Assembly: GCF_009914755.1 (NCBI RefSeq)
Contig: NC_060929.1
Length of the DNA stretch: 64,000 bases
From: the human T2T-CHM13v2.0 reference genome, Homo sapiens
Reading direction: 5' to 3' (one strand)
Shown here: in pieces, positions 53,796 to 64,000 of the stretch
How the letters are laid out: each line of letters begins with the position of its first letter
Position numbering within the stretch: the first letter of the stretch is position 1
Made by a program: the position numbers and the translations under genes
The notes under the pieces: generated by a model
Told to the model about the DNA's origin: nothing
Databases searched by the model: none
The model's input: only the letters and a program-made list of their open reading frames with translations

Positions 53796-53842
53796 TATTT
53801 TACGTCACTTTATTTTATTTTATTTTATTTTATTTTATTTGT
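53796..53842 (-). repeat. Orphan Alu tail (TATTT)n marking the right end of the array
   Basis: Unit sequence stops at ...tattttatttgt; the Alu body is absent. Confidence 0.85.
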
Positions 53843-53889
53843 GAGGTGATTTCTTCTTTTAGTTTTTATATGTGTTTCTCTGAAGATTG

Positions 53890-54570
53890 GTGACGTCGAG
53901 TATATATGTATGCCTGCTGGTCACTTGTATATCTTCTCTCCCGAGATGTCTATTATTTAGGTCCTTTGCCCAGTTTTAAAACTGTGTTGTTTCTTGCTGT
54001 TGAGTCCTTTGAGTTCATGGTATATTTTGAACAGTAACTAATTAATCCCTTATTGGATATAGTGTTTGCAAGTATTTTTTCTCATGATGATTTTGTCTCT
54101 TCATGGTGTTAATTATTTCTTTTATTGTGTAGAATTTTTTTTTTCATTTGGATGCAATCCATTTGTCTATTTTCCCTTGTGCTGCCTATGCGTTTGGGAC
54201 ATATTTCAAAAATTATTGGCGTAACCAATGTCAATGAGGATGTCCCCTGTTTCCTTCTAGTAGGTTCACAGTTTAAAGTTTTGACTATAGTTTGTTTGAT
54301 TCTTGTGTATGGTAAGAGATTAGGGCCCAATTTCATTTTACTGCCGGTAGATACCCAGTTTCCTATCACCACTGATGGAAGAGACTGTCCTTTTGTCATT
54401 GTGTGTTGTTGGCGCATTTGTAAAACTGTAATTGGCTGTACACATTTCGAGTGATTTCTGGGCTCTCTGCTCTGTTCCATCGGCTTTGATTTCTGTTTCG
54501 ATGCCATTCTTATGCCATTTTTGTTCCTACCGCTTGATAGAATATTTTGAAACAAGGAAGGCATGGATTT
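53890..54570 (-). mobile_element. Old L1 (L1M-type) ORF2 C-terminal fragment
   Basis: Minus translation NWVSTGSKMKLGPNLLPYTRI resembles L1 ORF2p [21 protein letters not shown]; T-rich antisense L1 motifs (atgtctatt...gtcctttgccc). Boundaries approximate. Confidence 0.8.
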
Positions 54571-55610
54571 TTTAATTTTCTCTATGGTTTGCCCTATGAC
54601 AGCACCACTCAGACAGATGTCAAAGAGATATAGATTCTTTACTTTTTCAGTTTTTTACTGATTGTTAAGACAGAGTAATGACATGGAATCTTTTTTATGG
54701 GCCATCCTGAAAACTGGAACTCCATTTTATTGTTGCTATATGTTTATTAGAGTTTATCTTATTTTCAAGATATTTGATCAATTACTTGTTCATATAATGA
54801 CAAGTAGGGTTCAATTGTACAAAATATCCAATGGTCAAATCCTACAGAGAGAGAAAATTTTGTTTTTTATTTCTGTATTTCTTATATAATCATTTGAAAA
54901 ATAAAGTAAAAATAGAATATTATCTAGAATAAAGTATAATATTATTATATGCATTTCTGTTTTAAAGAAGGACAAAACAGAGATCAATATGTTATTTCAG
55001 TCATAAACAAAGGTTACTTTGGGACCAGTTCTTTGGAGGTGAAGGTGTGGAAATGAATGCAGAGGTTAGACAGGGTTTCTGGGGTCTTTGTTTCTCTGTC
55101 TAGTTTTCCATCTGGCTCCTAGAGTGTGTTACTATTCCAGCATCCTCAAAGATCGCTCTCTGACATGAAACAATTTTGGCCAGAACGTGAAAAAAATCAT
55201 CGTAGAGGAAAATCTGGTATTTAATTCAATTTTTTTTTTTTTGCAAGCTCAAAAACAGTTGATTCCCCAGACAAAGTTATGAAAAGTACAAATGTTTATA
55301 AGGGGATCTATTCCAATGCTTTTAGAAAGCCAGGGCCTTCAGGAAAAAGTATTATAAGGGAAGACTCTGTTTTATCTCCTACAAGTCATATAGAAGCAAA
55401 AACATCCTAAGTCATAGCAACTTCAGGATACAGTGTGATTTCATCATAGTCTCTGAAAAGAGTTTCCTTTTTCTTTGTAAAAACAGCTCACCATTCACAC
55501 GATGCTCGAGGCTCGTGTACCATTCTTCTCCCAACCAGGATGCCCCAGAACAATGCCTTAGCATGCGTGGACCTCAGAGTTCCAAATATGATGGTGATGA
55601 TTGTTACTAA

Positions 55611-55882
55611 TTTTGAGACAGGGTCTCACCCTGTTGGCCAGGTGTGAGGGCAGTGGCGCCATCTCTACTTACTGCAACCTCCACCTCTGGTGCACCAGCG
55701 ATTCTCCTACCACACACTCCAGAATGAGTAGGTGAAACAGCAGGAACTAGTGACCATGCCCAGCTCTTTTTTTTTTTTTTTTTTTTTTTAAGGGAGGCGG
55801 TCTGGAACTCGAGTTCAAGTGATCTGCCAGTTCGGCCACCCAAAATGGTGGGATAACAGGAATAAGCCACTGTGCATGGTCT
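55611..55882 (-). mobile_element. Diverged Alu (AluJ-like) with expanded middle A-tract
   Basis: ttttgagacagggtctcaccctgtt...ctgcaacctccacctc...caagtgatctgcc...cccaaaatggtgggataacagg. Confidence 0.8.
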
Positions 55883-55914
55883 GAGATACAAATATGATTG
55901 AAAGGGATGATCAA

Positions 55915-56435
55915 ACAGGCTGCTGCCTTCATCTGGGTGTAACCAATGTAAAATGTAAGAAAGACGTTAAATTACGGGTAAGTCCAGGATGGGCTGAGAT
56001 ACTGAAGCTCCAGCATAGAAAGTGTGCTCTCATAGAAAGACTAGAAGCAGTACTTTCTCCTCTAAAATCAGGCCTTTCTATCTGGGCTGGGATCTGGAGG
56101 AAGATGGGTTTTTTTTTTTTTTTTCTCGATGTTGGGGGAATGGGCCCTGGGCTGTCCCCTGTGTAAGGCCTCGCTGCAATGCTTGGGTTGCAGCAGGGAT
56201 ATGTCTCCCCACATCTCACACATGTCCAGCGCCTCTCCTACCAGCTCGTGGACCAAGACCTGGGTCATTCCAGCCATGGCTACGGCTGTGACTACGTTCT
56301 AGGACACTGAACTGCTGGTGATGGACTGCATCGGACTTCTAAAGGCTGCCTCTCTCCCTTTTTCACCCACAAACAGACCTACAGTGGTTTTTCTGCCTCC
56401 TGTAATGTGAAGCAACTTGTGGATAAAGAGTATTT
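55915..56435 (-). pseudogene. Decayed, internally deleted TAF11L paralog
   Basis: 56,331 down to ~56,125 reads [57 protein letters not shown]. Both flanks align to non-coding unit sequence. Confidence 0.85.
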
Positions 56436-57088
56436 TCACATTTTAGAAAGTAGAGGTCAATGTGTGTTCACAGGAAACTAGCAGGAGCAGTCTGTGAGAC
56501 AGGGAACATTGCAAACATGGAGCTGCATATAGAAAAAGTTAAAGTGTGGATCCCATCCACCGTTTGATCAATTGCAGGAGACATTGTCTATTTGGCACCT
56601 ATACATTTACTTGATTTTCAATAATATTAAGGAACTCATTTCTCCACAATTTTTCTTGATGTGATATGCAGAAACGTGTTCACTGAGACATTTCGATGAA
56701 TGCATTAGACCCTCAATGTAGTTTGGAAGTTTACAAACAAAACAAAATGGAAACACAGTCACTAGCTGTGACTTCTGCTTCTATTTTTACTCCCGATCAT
56801 ATGCTTAGCTACTTTTTGACCCCATGCGAGAAACGATACTATCTCTGAACAGAACTTCTAACATCATATCTATCATTAACAGAAAGAAAACACAACACAG
56901 CAAAAGAGAAAGCATTAACAGAGAAAAACACAACACAACACAAAGGAAACCATTTGCAATGCAAGATTTCCCAGGAGTGTGGGCTCTTAAGCACCCTCTC
57001 CACGGAGGCTGTGGGCCAGCTGCATGTCTCTGGGCATAACTGGGACTCTCCTGGCATGGATGACACACAGTTTGGTGTCTTACCAAAA

Positions 57089-57312
57089 GGACACAGGAAG
57101 GGGAACATCACACACCGGGGACTGTTGTGGGGTGGGGGGAGGGGGGAGGGATAGCATTAGGAGATATACCTAATGCTAAATGATGAGTTAATTGGTGCAG
57201 CACACCAACATGGCACATACATACATATGTAACTAATCTGCACGTTATGCACATGTACCCTAAAACTTAAAGTATAATAATAATAAAATTGAAAATAAAA
57301 AGAAAAGAAAAA
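57089..57312 (+). mobile_element. Primate L1PA 3' end with poly(A)
   Basis: ggacacaggaaggggaacatcacacaccgggg...gggatagcattaggagatatacctaatg...ccctaaaacttaaagtataataa. Confidence 0.92.
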
Positions 57313-57319
57313 GTTCTGA

Positions 57320-57487
<168 letters not shown>

Positions 57488-57589
57488 TAAACAAAAGCTC
57501 TTTAAAGGTCAGATATTTGAGTGTCTGCTTTATATTCTGAAGTACTTTTTATGCCATTTCTCAGCATAATTTTCCCTAAATGTGATTTA

Positions 57590-58019
<430 letters not shown>

Positions 58020-58301
58020 TCACCCAGCCTAGTCTATTTTCAGAGTATCTGGTAAACCACTTGTTTCCCTGAGTCAGAGATTTTCTTCTCAGACAGTTTT
58101 CTACTGTGCAACTTCGTAATATGTCTCATTTTTAATGTAAATGTTTTCTTTATTGTTGTGAAATGTGAACTTTGTGATTCTGCGAGGAAGACTGAATTCT
58201 GAAATGCCCCCTGCATTTCCCACCCCTCAGAGACTCGCCCTGTGTCTGCCCCTCCCTTGGGTGTGGGCGGAAGCATGAATTGATGTGCCCGCCCGACTTC
58301 C

Positions 58302-58377
58302 TGATTAGATCAGGGATATCCTGAACCAATAGCTGCTAAGGGCTGGGTCTAATTCAATCATCTGAGCTCTTTATAAG
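58302..58377 (+). promoter_or_regulatory. Promoter of solitary copy: two DUX sites, CCAAT, TATA
   Basis: TGATTAGATCA 58,302-58,312; CCAAT 58,326-58,330; TAATTCAATCA 58,350-58,360 (perfect DUX4 motif); TATAAG 58,372-58,377. Confidence 0.8.
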
Positions 58378-58999
58378 GGAGGACTGAACCTCCCTGTGAT
58401 TACACTCCCCTGTGGAGATTCCCCCAGCACTGGCTGTGCACACCCAGGGAGCTTCACAGCCCAGACCTGGGCAACACTTGTAGGAGCTGAGAACATCCTC
58501 ACGGCAGCAGGCAGAACAAACAAGTGGGCCTAGGGCTCACAACCCTAAGACATTGAATTCTGCCACTAACTCGAATGAGATCGAAGCCAGACCCTTCTCA
58601 GGTGAAGGTGACGACCACACAGCCAGACCCATCCTGGAGGTCCCTCATGTGACTCTGAGCAGGAGGCAGTCACTTGGCCTAGCAGAACTTCTGACCTGTG
58701 AGTTGGTGTTTGTTTTAATTATCCAAAATTGGTGAGAATTTATTCTGCATTGATCTAAGACTAATATACTCTCCATCCACAAGTTTCTTCACATTGTGGA
58801 AGTGAGAACATTCAGTGTGTGTGTTTGTGTGTGGGAAGGGGAGGCAGGGGGCTGTGTCCAGTTATGGTTAAACTGGCACAGCAGAAACACAGAAGCTAAA
58901 CTCTTTGAGAGGTTCTCATTGCAGACCCATAATCGAACCACCCCAGCCAGAACTTCTGCCTGTACAGCTGCTGTCACGGAGCAGACTGGAATCTCACCC

Positions 59000-59596
59000 A
59001 TGGAGACAGGCAGGCAAAGAGATGCCTCTGCTGAGATGTTCCCCATGCCCCGAGGTCTGAAGTACAGCAACAAGGATGGAATCCCTGAGGACCTAGATGG
59101 GAACTTGGAAGAACCCAGGGATCAGGAAAGTGAGCTCAGGAGTCAGGATGTCATGGACCTCACAGAAGGTGACAATGAAGCGTCAGCCTCAACTCCTCCT
59201 TCAGCTAAAAGGCAGAAAACAGATACCAAGGGGAAGAAGGAGAGGAAGCCCACCATGGATGCAGAGGAGGCTCAGAGGATGACAACCCTGTTTTCTGCCA
59301 TGTCTGAGGAGCAGCTATCTCGCTACGAAGTGTGTCGCCGGTCAGCTTTCCCAAAAGCACGCATTGCAGCTCTGATGCAGTCCATCACTGGCAGATCGGT
59401 GTCTGAGAACACCGCCATTGCCATGGCTGGAATAGCCAAGGTCTTTGTGGGAGAGGTGGTGGAAGAGGCCCTGGACGTGTGCGAAATGTGGGGAGAAACG
59501 CCCCCGCTGCAGCCCAAGCATTTACGGGAGGCTGTTCGCAGGTTAAAGCCCAAGGGCCTCCTCCCCAACAGCAACTACAAAAAAATCATGTTCTAG
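59000..59596 (+). CDS. TAF11L11: Diverged solitary TAF11-like protein, 198 aa (29 aa differences from the array protein, ~85% identity)
   Basis: Intact ORF from ATG 59,000 ([10 protein letters not shown]...NYKKIMF). Symbol inferred from recalled gene order (first + copy after the - block), not verified. Confidence 0.8.
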   Translation: METGRQRDASAEMFPMPRGLKYSNKDGIPEDLDGNLEEPRDQESELRSQDVMDLTEGDNEASASTPPSAKRQKTDTKGKKERKPTMDAEEAQRMTTLFSAMSEEQLSRYEVCRRSAFPKARIAALMQSITGRSVSENTAIAMAGIAKVFVGEVVEEALDVCEMWGETPPLQPKHLREAVRRLKPKGLLPNSNYKKIMF

Positions 59597-60106
59597 GCCT
59601 AAGGACAGAGGGAAAGGTCTGTTTGTGCAGGAATAAGTATCGCATTCATCTTCCAATGACAGGACTGCATTTGCTGGAGCTTCCTTATCTCAGTCCACCC
59701 TGGATTTACCCACGATCTTAGTGTCTGAAACTGTGAAGTTGACCTTACCTAGGTGAAGACAGCAGGTTGTTTCATAGGAGCCTTGGCTAAATATTTGGAC
59801 ATTTTAATGGTGTGTTGAGGTATTTTTCTCTGTCTTTCTAGTTGGAAGAATCAAGGTGCCTGGGCCTAGAGCATCCTGTGGACAGGTAGCTGCATTCAGA
59901 GAGGGAAGCCCTTCCCAGGAGATTTGTATGGTTTCCTGCTGAAGCCTGGTGTAGCTGTGTCTTAGCTTGTATGCTTATATCTGGGTTTCAGTAATTGAAG
60001 CTTCCAGAAATGTTTCCCAATTGTTGTTCTTCTGTACATTTTCAATGCTCATATGTATTTTTGTGAGTCATCACAAAAGCAGTTAAACTGTTTTCCAAAC
60101 TGCAGA

Positions 60107-60118
60107 AATAAAAATAAA
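60107..60118 (+). terminator. Tandem AATAAA polyadenylation signals of solitary copy
   Basis: AATAAA at 60,107 and 60,113, ~510 bp after the stop codon, followed by a T-rich tract. Confidence 0.5.
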
Positions 60119-61561
60119 GTCACAAAGCACTTTTTTTCTCTAAGTTGACTCTTCTATTCCTGCCCATGGTGCTTTATGTCAGCAAGTGACCCTTTCCTGT
60201 ATTATAATGCAATATAGTATAGATGCATCACGTAAGACTAGCGAGAAACCAATTCCAACACCACCTTTGCTCAAGCCGCCATTTGTAACGATCATATGGG
60301 CCATTTCAAAGACACAGAGAGAGCCTATTGATACTTCACGTTCGCTACACATGGTGATTTTATCAGTGCTTCCAGAGACACTGAAATTTAGTTCCAAACA
60401 GTGCTTTAGAGTATTCTTGATTTCATTCATTCTACCGATGATCCACTCAGAAAATCAAACCTGAGTACAGAGACATTGGAGAGGTTGTTAAAGTATCAGA
60501 CCAAGTAGATTCATCACAAGTGACAAAGTTATTCCACACTCTACTTGTACATACTCTGCTTTACCTTTATGATGTAAAGAGTAATTTTTCTTTATATAAT
60601 AAAGACCTGAGATTTATTATGGAATCACCGTGAGCCTTCCCAGCACAGCTCAGAGATATCCATGGTGCTGTTTCAGTCTGTTTACCTTTGCCATGTGCCC
60701 CCTGAATCACAGAGTGTAAGCAAAAAGGATCGAAAAGACCCCATAGTTCAACTCTAATATTGAATGCAGAGTAACATGTACTCTTTCTTCCTGAAGCCAA
60801 AGATACCCCCATAAAATATAGTTTTATTTCCTCATACACTCAGCTTTTGCTCTGAAAATAGGACTGAGTGTACATAGAATCTGCCTTTGGGTATCACACA
60901 AATTTCTAAACTTTACCAAGTATGGGGAAATTCTGTTTCATACCTCCATATTCTGACATGGTTTAGCTTTCCTTTTATTTCACCAACTTTCTTGTAAAGG
61001 CATATATCAAGTTAGACCATTGTGTCTTAGAGACACAAGGAGGGTACAGGTTCTTGGAAGAACTGATGGAGATGGGAGGGCTCTCTCAGGAATTAAAGTG
61101 CTGGAGTAACCAAAAGAAATAAGATCCAAGAGACTTAATATCTCCCAGTCTTTAGATTGCTCTCAGCTCATTCCTTTTCCATGGCACTGAGGAGTCATGG
61201 AAGGTGTCTTGTGTCAGATGTTGCAGGTCTAGCCCTTTCTGAACAGTAGAGGCAAAGAGAACTTGGCCCAAGCAGGTTGGTCTGCTGAGGTGGAGGCAAG
61301 CATCTGTAGAGAGCAGTGCTGATGGTGATTCCACACAAAAGCTTAGAATATTTTAATGTTCTAATTAGAACATCACAACATTTTTCTGGCCCCTCATAGA
61401 ACTCAATACTCTGAGTGGGGTCTGAGTAAAGCTGAACTGCTGAAGACAGAAACAAGTTCCCATCAAGGTCTCAGAGGTCAGCTCAGGAGCAGGAACACAG
61501 CATTGTTTTCTCAGAGAGGAAAATTGGATTAGCTGAGAAGGTTCAGTGTCCTTACACATTC

Positions 61562-62257
61562 TTTTCTTTTTAACTTTCAGTTTTGGGATCCATGTGCAGA
61601 ATGTGCAGGTTTGTTACAAAGGTATACATGTGCCCTAGTGGTTTGCTGCACCTATCAACCCATCATGGAGGCTTTAAGCCCTGCGTGCATTGCATATTTG
61701 TCCTGATGCTCTCCCTTCCCTTGCCTCCCATCACCTGACAGGCCATGCTGTGTGATGTTCCCCTCTCTGTGTCGGTGTGTTCTCATTGATCAGCTCCCAC
61801 GTGTGAGTGAGAACATAGGGTGTTTGGTTTTCTGTTCCTGTGTTAGTTTGCTGAGAATGATGGTTTTCAGTGTTATCCAAGTCACCGCAAAAACAGGAGT
61901 TCATTCTTTTTTATGGCTGCATAGTATTCCATGCTGTATATATGCCACATGTTCTTTATCCAGTCTATCACTGATGGGCATTTGGGTTGGTTCCAAGTCT
62001 TTGCTATTGTAAACTGTGCTGCAGTAAACTTACATGTATATGTGTCTTTATAGTAGAATGATGTATAATCCTTTGGGTATATACCCAGTAATGAAATTGC
62101 TGGGTCCAACGGTATTTCTGGTTCTATATCCTTGAGGAATCGCCACACTGTCTTCCACAATGGTTGAACTAATTTACACTCTCACAGACATTGTAAAAGT
62201 GTTTCTATATCTCCACAGCCTTGCCAGCATCTGTTGTTTCCTGACCTTTTAATAATC
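61562..62257 (-). mobile_element. L1PA (roughly L1PA7-10 type) 3' end, ~700 bp
   Basis: catgtgcagaatgtgcaggtttgttac...; minus ORF WKTVWRFLKDIEPEIPLDPAISLLGIYPKD...WNQPKCPS...DWIKNMWHIYSMEYYAAIKK is the L1 ORF2p C-terminus. Confidence 0.92.
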
Positions 62258-62520
62258 ACATACTAAATCTTCTCAATATATAATATCATATAGCCACAGC
62301 TCTCAGGAAAGAAATCTGTAGAAAGTGATATCTTTTCAGGAGAAATCTTTGACAGCATTCATGGCTGATTGTATTACATGTTAATGACAATGCAATTTTT
62401 CCTGGAGCTTCATCACTATTCTTAAAGTACATTACTATTCATAATGTACATTTGGAGACTGCCTAGAAAAATGTGGTCTCTGATTGGTGCTCCTTAAGTG
62501 GTGACAAGATACCTACGAAA

Positions 62521-62799
62521 GAAACAGAGTCTCACTCCGTTGCCCAGTCTGAAATGTAGTGGCGCAATCTCTGCTCACTGCAAGCTCCGCCTCCCAGGTT
62601 CATGCTATTCTCCTGCCTCGGTCTCCTGAGTATCTGGGAATAGAAGCGCCTGCCACCACACCCAGCTAATGTTTGTATTTTTAGCAGAGACCGGGTTTCA
62701 CCGTGTTAATCATGATGGTCTCGATCTCCTGCCCTCGAGACTGGGTGCCTCGGCCTCCCAAAGTGCTGGGATTACAGGCGTGGGCCACCGCGCCCGGCC
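62521..62799 (-). mobile_element. AluY-like element lacking poly(A) tail
   Basis: ctgcaagctccgcctcc...caccgtgtt...gatggtctcgatctcctg...ccaccgcgcccggcc. Confidence 0.88.
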
Positions 62800-63872
62800 C
62801 GTACTTGACTATTTTCCAAAATTGACTATTTTGGGAAAAGCTTAACGTCCTCACTGCCTGCCTTTGCCCCCCACAAGTAATTAGCATATGTCTAAATAAA
62901 GTTTAAGCAAGCTAGCTCCACTATTCCCAAGCACATATTATCTGGGTCTAGTCTTTAGAAGTATAAAGTGCAAATCTTACATCTATACAAAAAGTTGTAC
63001 CCAAACTGGAAAGGCTTAAATGATCAATTGATGGATTTGTGTTTCCTACGGAAGAGGGTACAAAGCAGAGTGCTAATATATGTATATAGGGGAGAGGAGG
63101 TCAGGGCTTTTATGAAATGAATGCAGTCCAATCTTGGGAAGAGTTTCTTAAGTAGCATGAATGTTAGAGAGACGATTCATGACATTTCAACTTATTGCCA
63201 TGTCTAAAAATATCAAGACATAGCCAGCAGTTTTTAAAAAATACATTTTTCTCAATGAAACTATTATTGAGACAGAGGAGGTTTTTCCTTTATTTATTTA
63301 TTTTCCAATGACTTAGTTTTCTTAGTCACATATTCAAGGGAGCATACTGCTGTTTGGCAAAATGTGAGAATTCCACATCCTGTTTTTGTTTGTTTTTAAA
63401 GATGAAAGAGCTGAACAACCATGTTTTGTGTTAGACATACCACCAGATTATTCAAATTTCTTTAGAATCATACTCCAAAAATTAAACTATGATTTAGTTT
63501 CAAAAATTGTCTGTAGTGTTCTGTGAATTGACAGCTCATTAGGACATTCTTTAGTTTGGCTGAAACCAAAAAACCTGAAACCGTCAAAATGGAAAAAAAT
63601 GGAGTTTGCCAAATTCTGCTTCTTACACGTTCACCTACCATGCCATGTTCAAATATTGTACTTGATAAGTATTGGAAACTTAAGGTACTGTTAATTTCAA
63701 TAGAGTTTCACCAAAGTAGTATTTTTTGTGATAAAGCCATAATCTCATCAGTAATGCCTTTCTAAAAGATCCAACAGAAAATATGAACTAGCAACTCATC
63801 ATGACAAGAAAGTAAAACTCAGGAAAAATCCTAAGGCAGAGCAGCTTCAGGCTTCAGTGTGAAACTATCATA

Positions 63873-64000
63873 GTCTGGGCGCAGTCGCTCACGCCTATAG
63901 TCCCTTCACTTTGGGAAGCCAAGATGGGGCAGATCACCTGAAGTCAGCAGTTGAAGACCAGCCTGGCCAAAATGGTGAAACCTCCTCTCTACTTTAAAAA
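63873..64000 (+). mobile_element. Alu left monomer opening the next diverged unit (cut by window edge)
   Basis: Preceded by gtgaaactatcata exactly as in array units. Confidence 0.9.

Noticed and set aside
54109-54564. 151-aa minus ORF (and 61,882-62,160)
   Set aside because: Decayed L1 ORF2 remnants, not host genes.
56109-56124. Poly(T) run next to the relic ORF as a retrocopy poly(A) tail
   Set aside because: Homology to the unit's 3' flank continues beyond it, so it is more likely an expanded Lys-codon A-run.
58796-59596. 266-aa N-terminally extended ORF in the solitary copy (TGA in the array is GGA here)
   Set aside because: It starts at GTG, with no in-frame ATG before the stop at 58,751. 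The extension includes a (GT)n stretch and has no recognisable TAF11 similarity. ATG 59,000 matches all paralogs.

Overview
Primate (almost certainly human) DNA from the TAF11-like macrosatellite locus (recognised as the 3,434-bp TAF11L array on chr5p15.1). Bases 1-53,842 hold 16 near-identical units. Each carries an intronless 198-aa TAF11-like histone-fold ORF, an upstream TATA/GC-box promoter and (where complete) an AluS. Seven genes lie on + (1-23,991) and nine on - (23,989-53,842), meeting tail-to-tail at a 3-bp microhomology junction. The result is a giant inverted repeat with arms of at least 23 kb and a 977-bp spacer. Linked SNPs suggest the two ends of the minus block are two halves of one broken Alu, i.e. 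a simple ~30-kb inversion. To the right lie L1/Alu fragments, a decayed TAF11L relic (~55.9-56.4 kb) and an intact, ~85%-identical solitary paralog (59,000-59,596, probably TAF11L11) inside a longer ~6.2-kb unit. Used as an outgroup, that paralog shows several differences from the array. Only 3 of 16 array promoters keep a perfect DUX4 motif. The array lacks the proximal AATAAA signals and a 2.8-kb segment, and it is much richer in CpG and GC-rich codons. All comparisons were made by eye; family and locus names come from recall, not from a database search.
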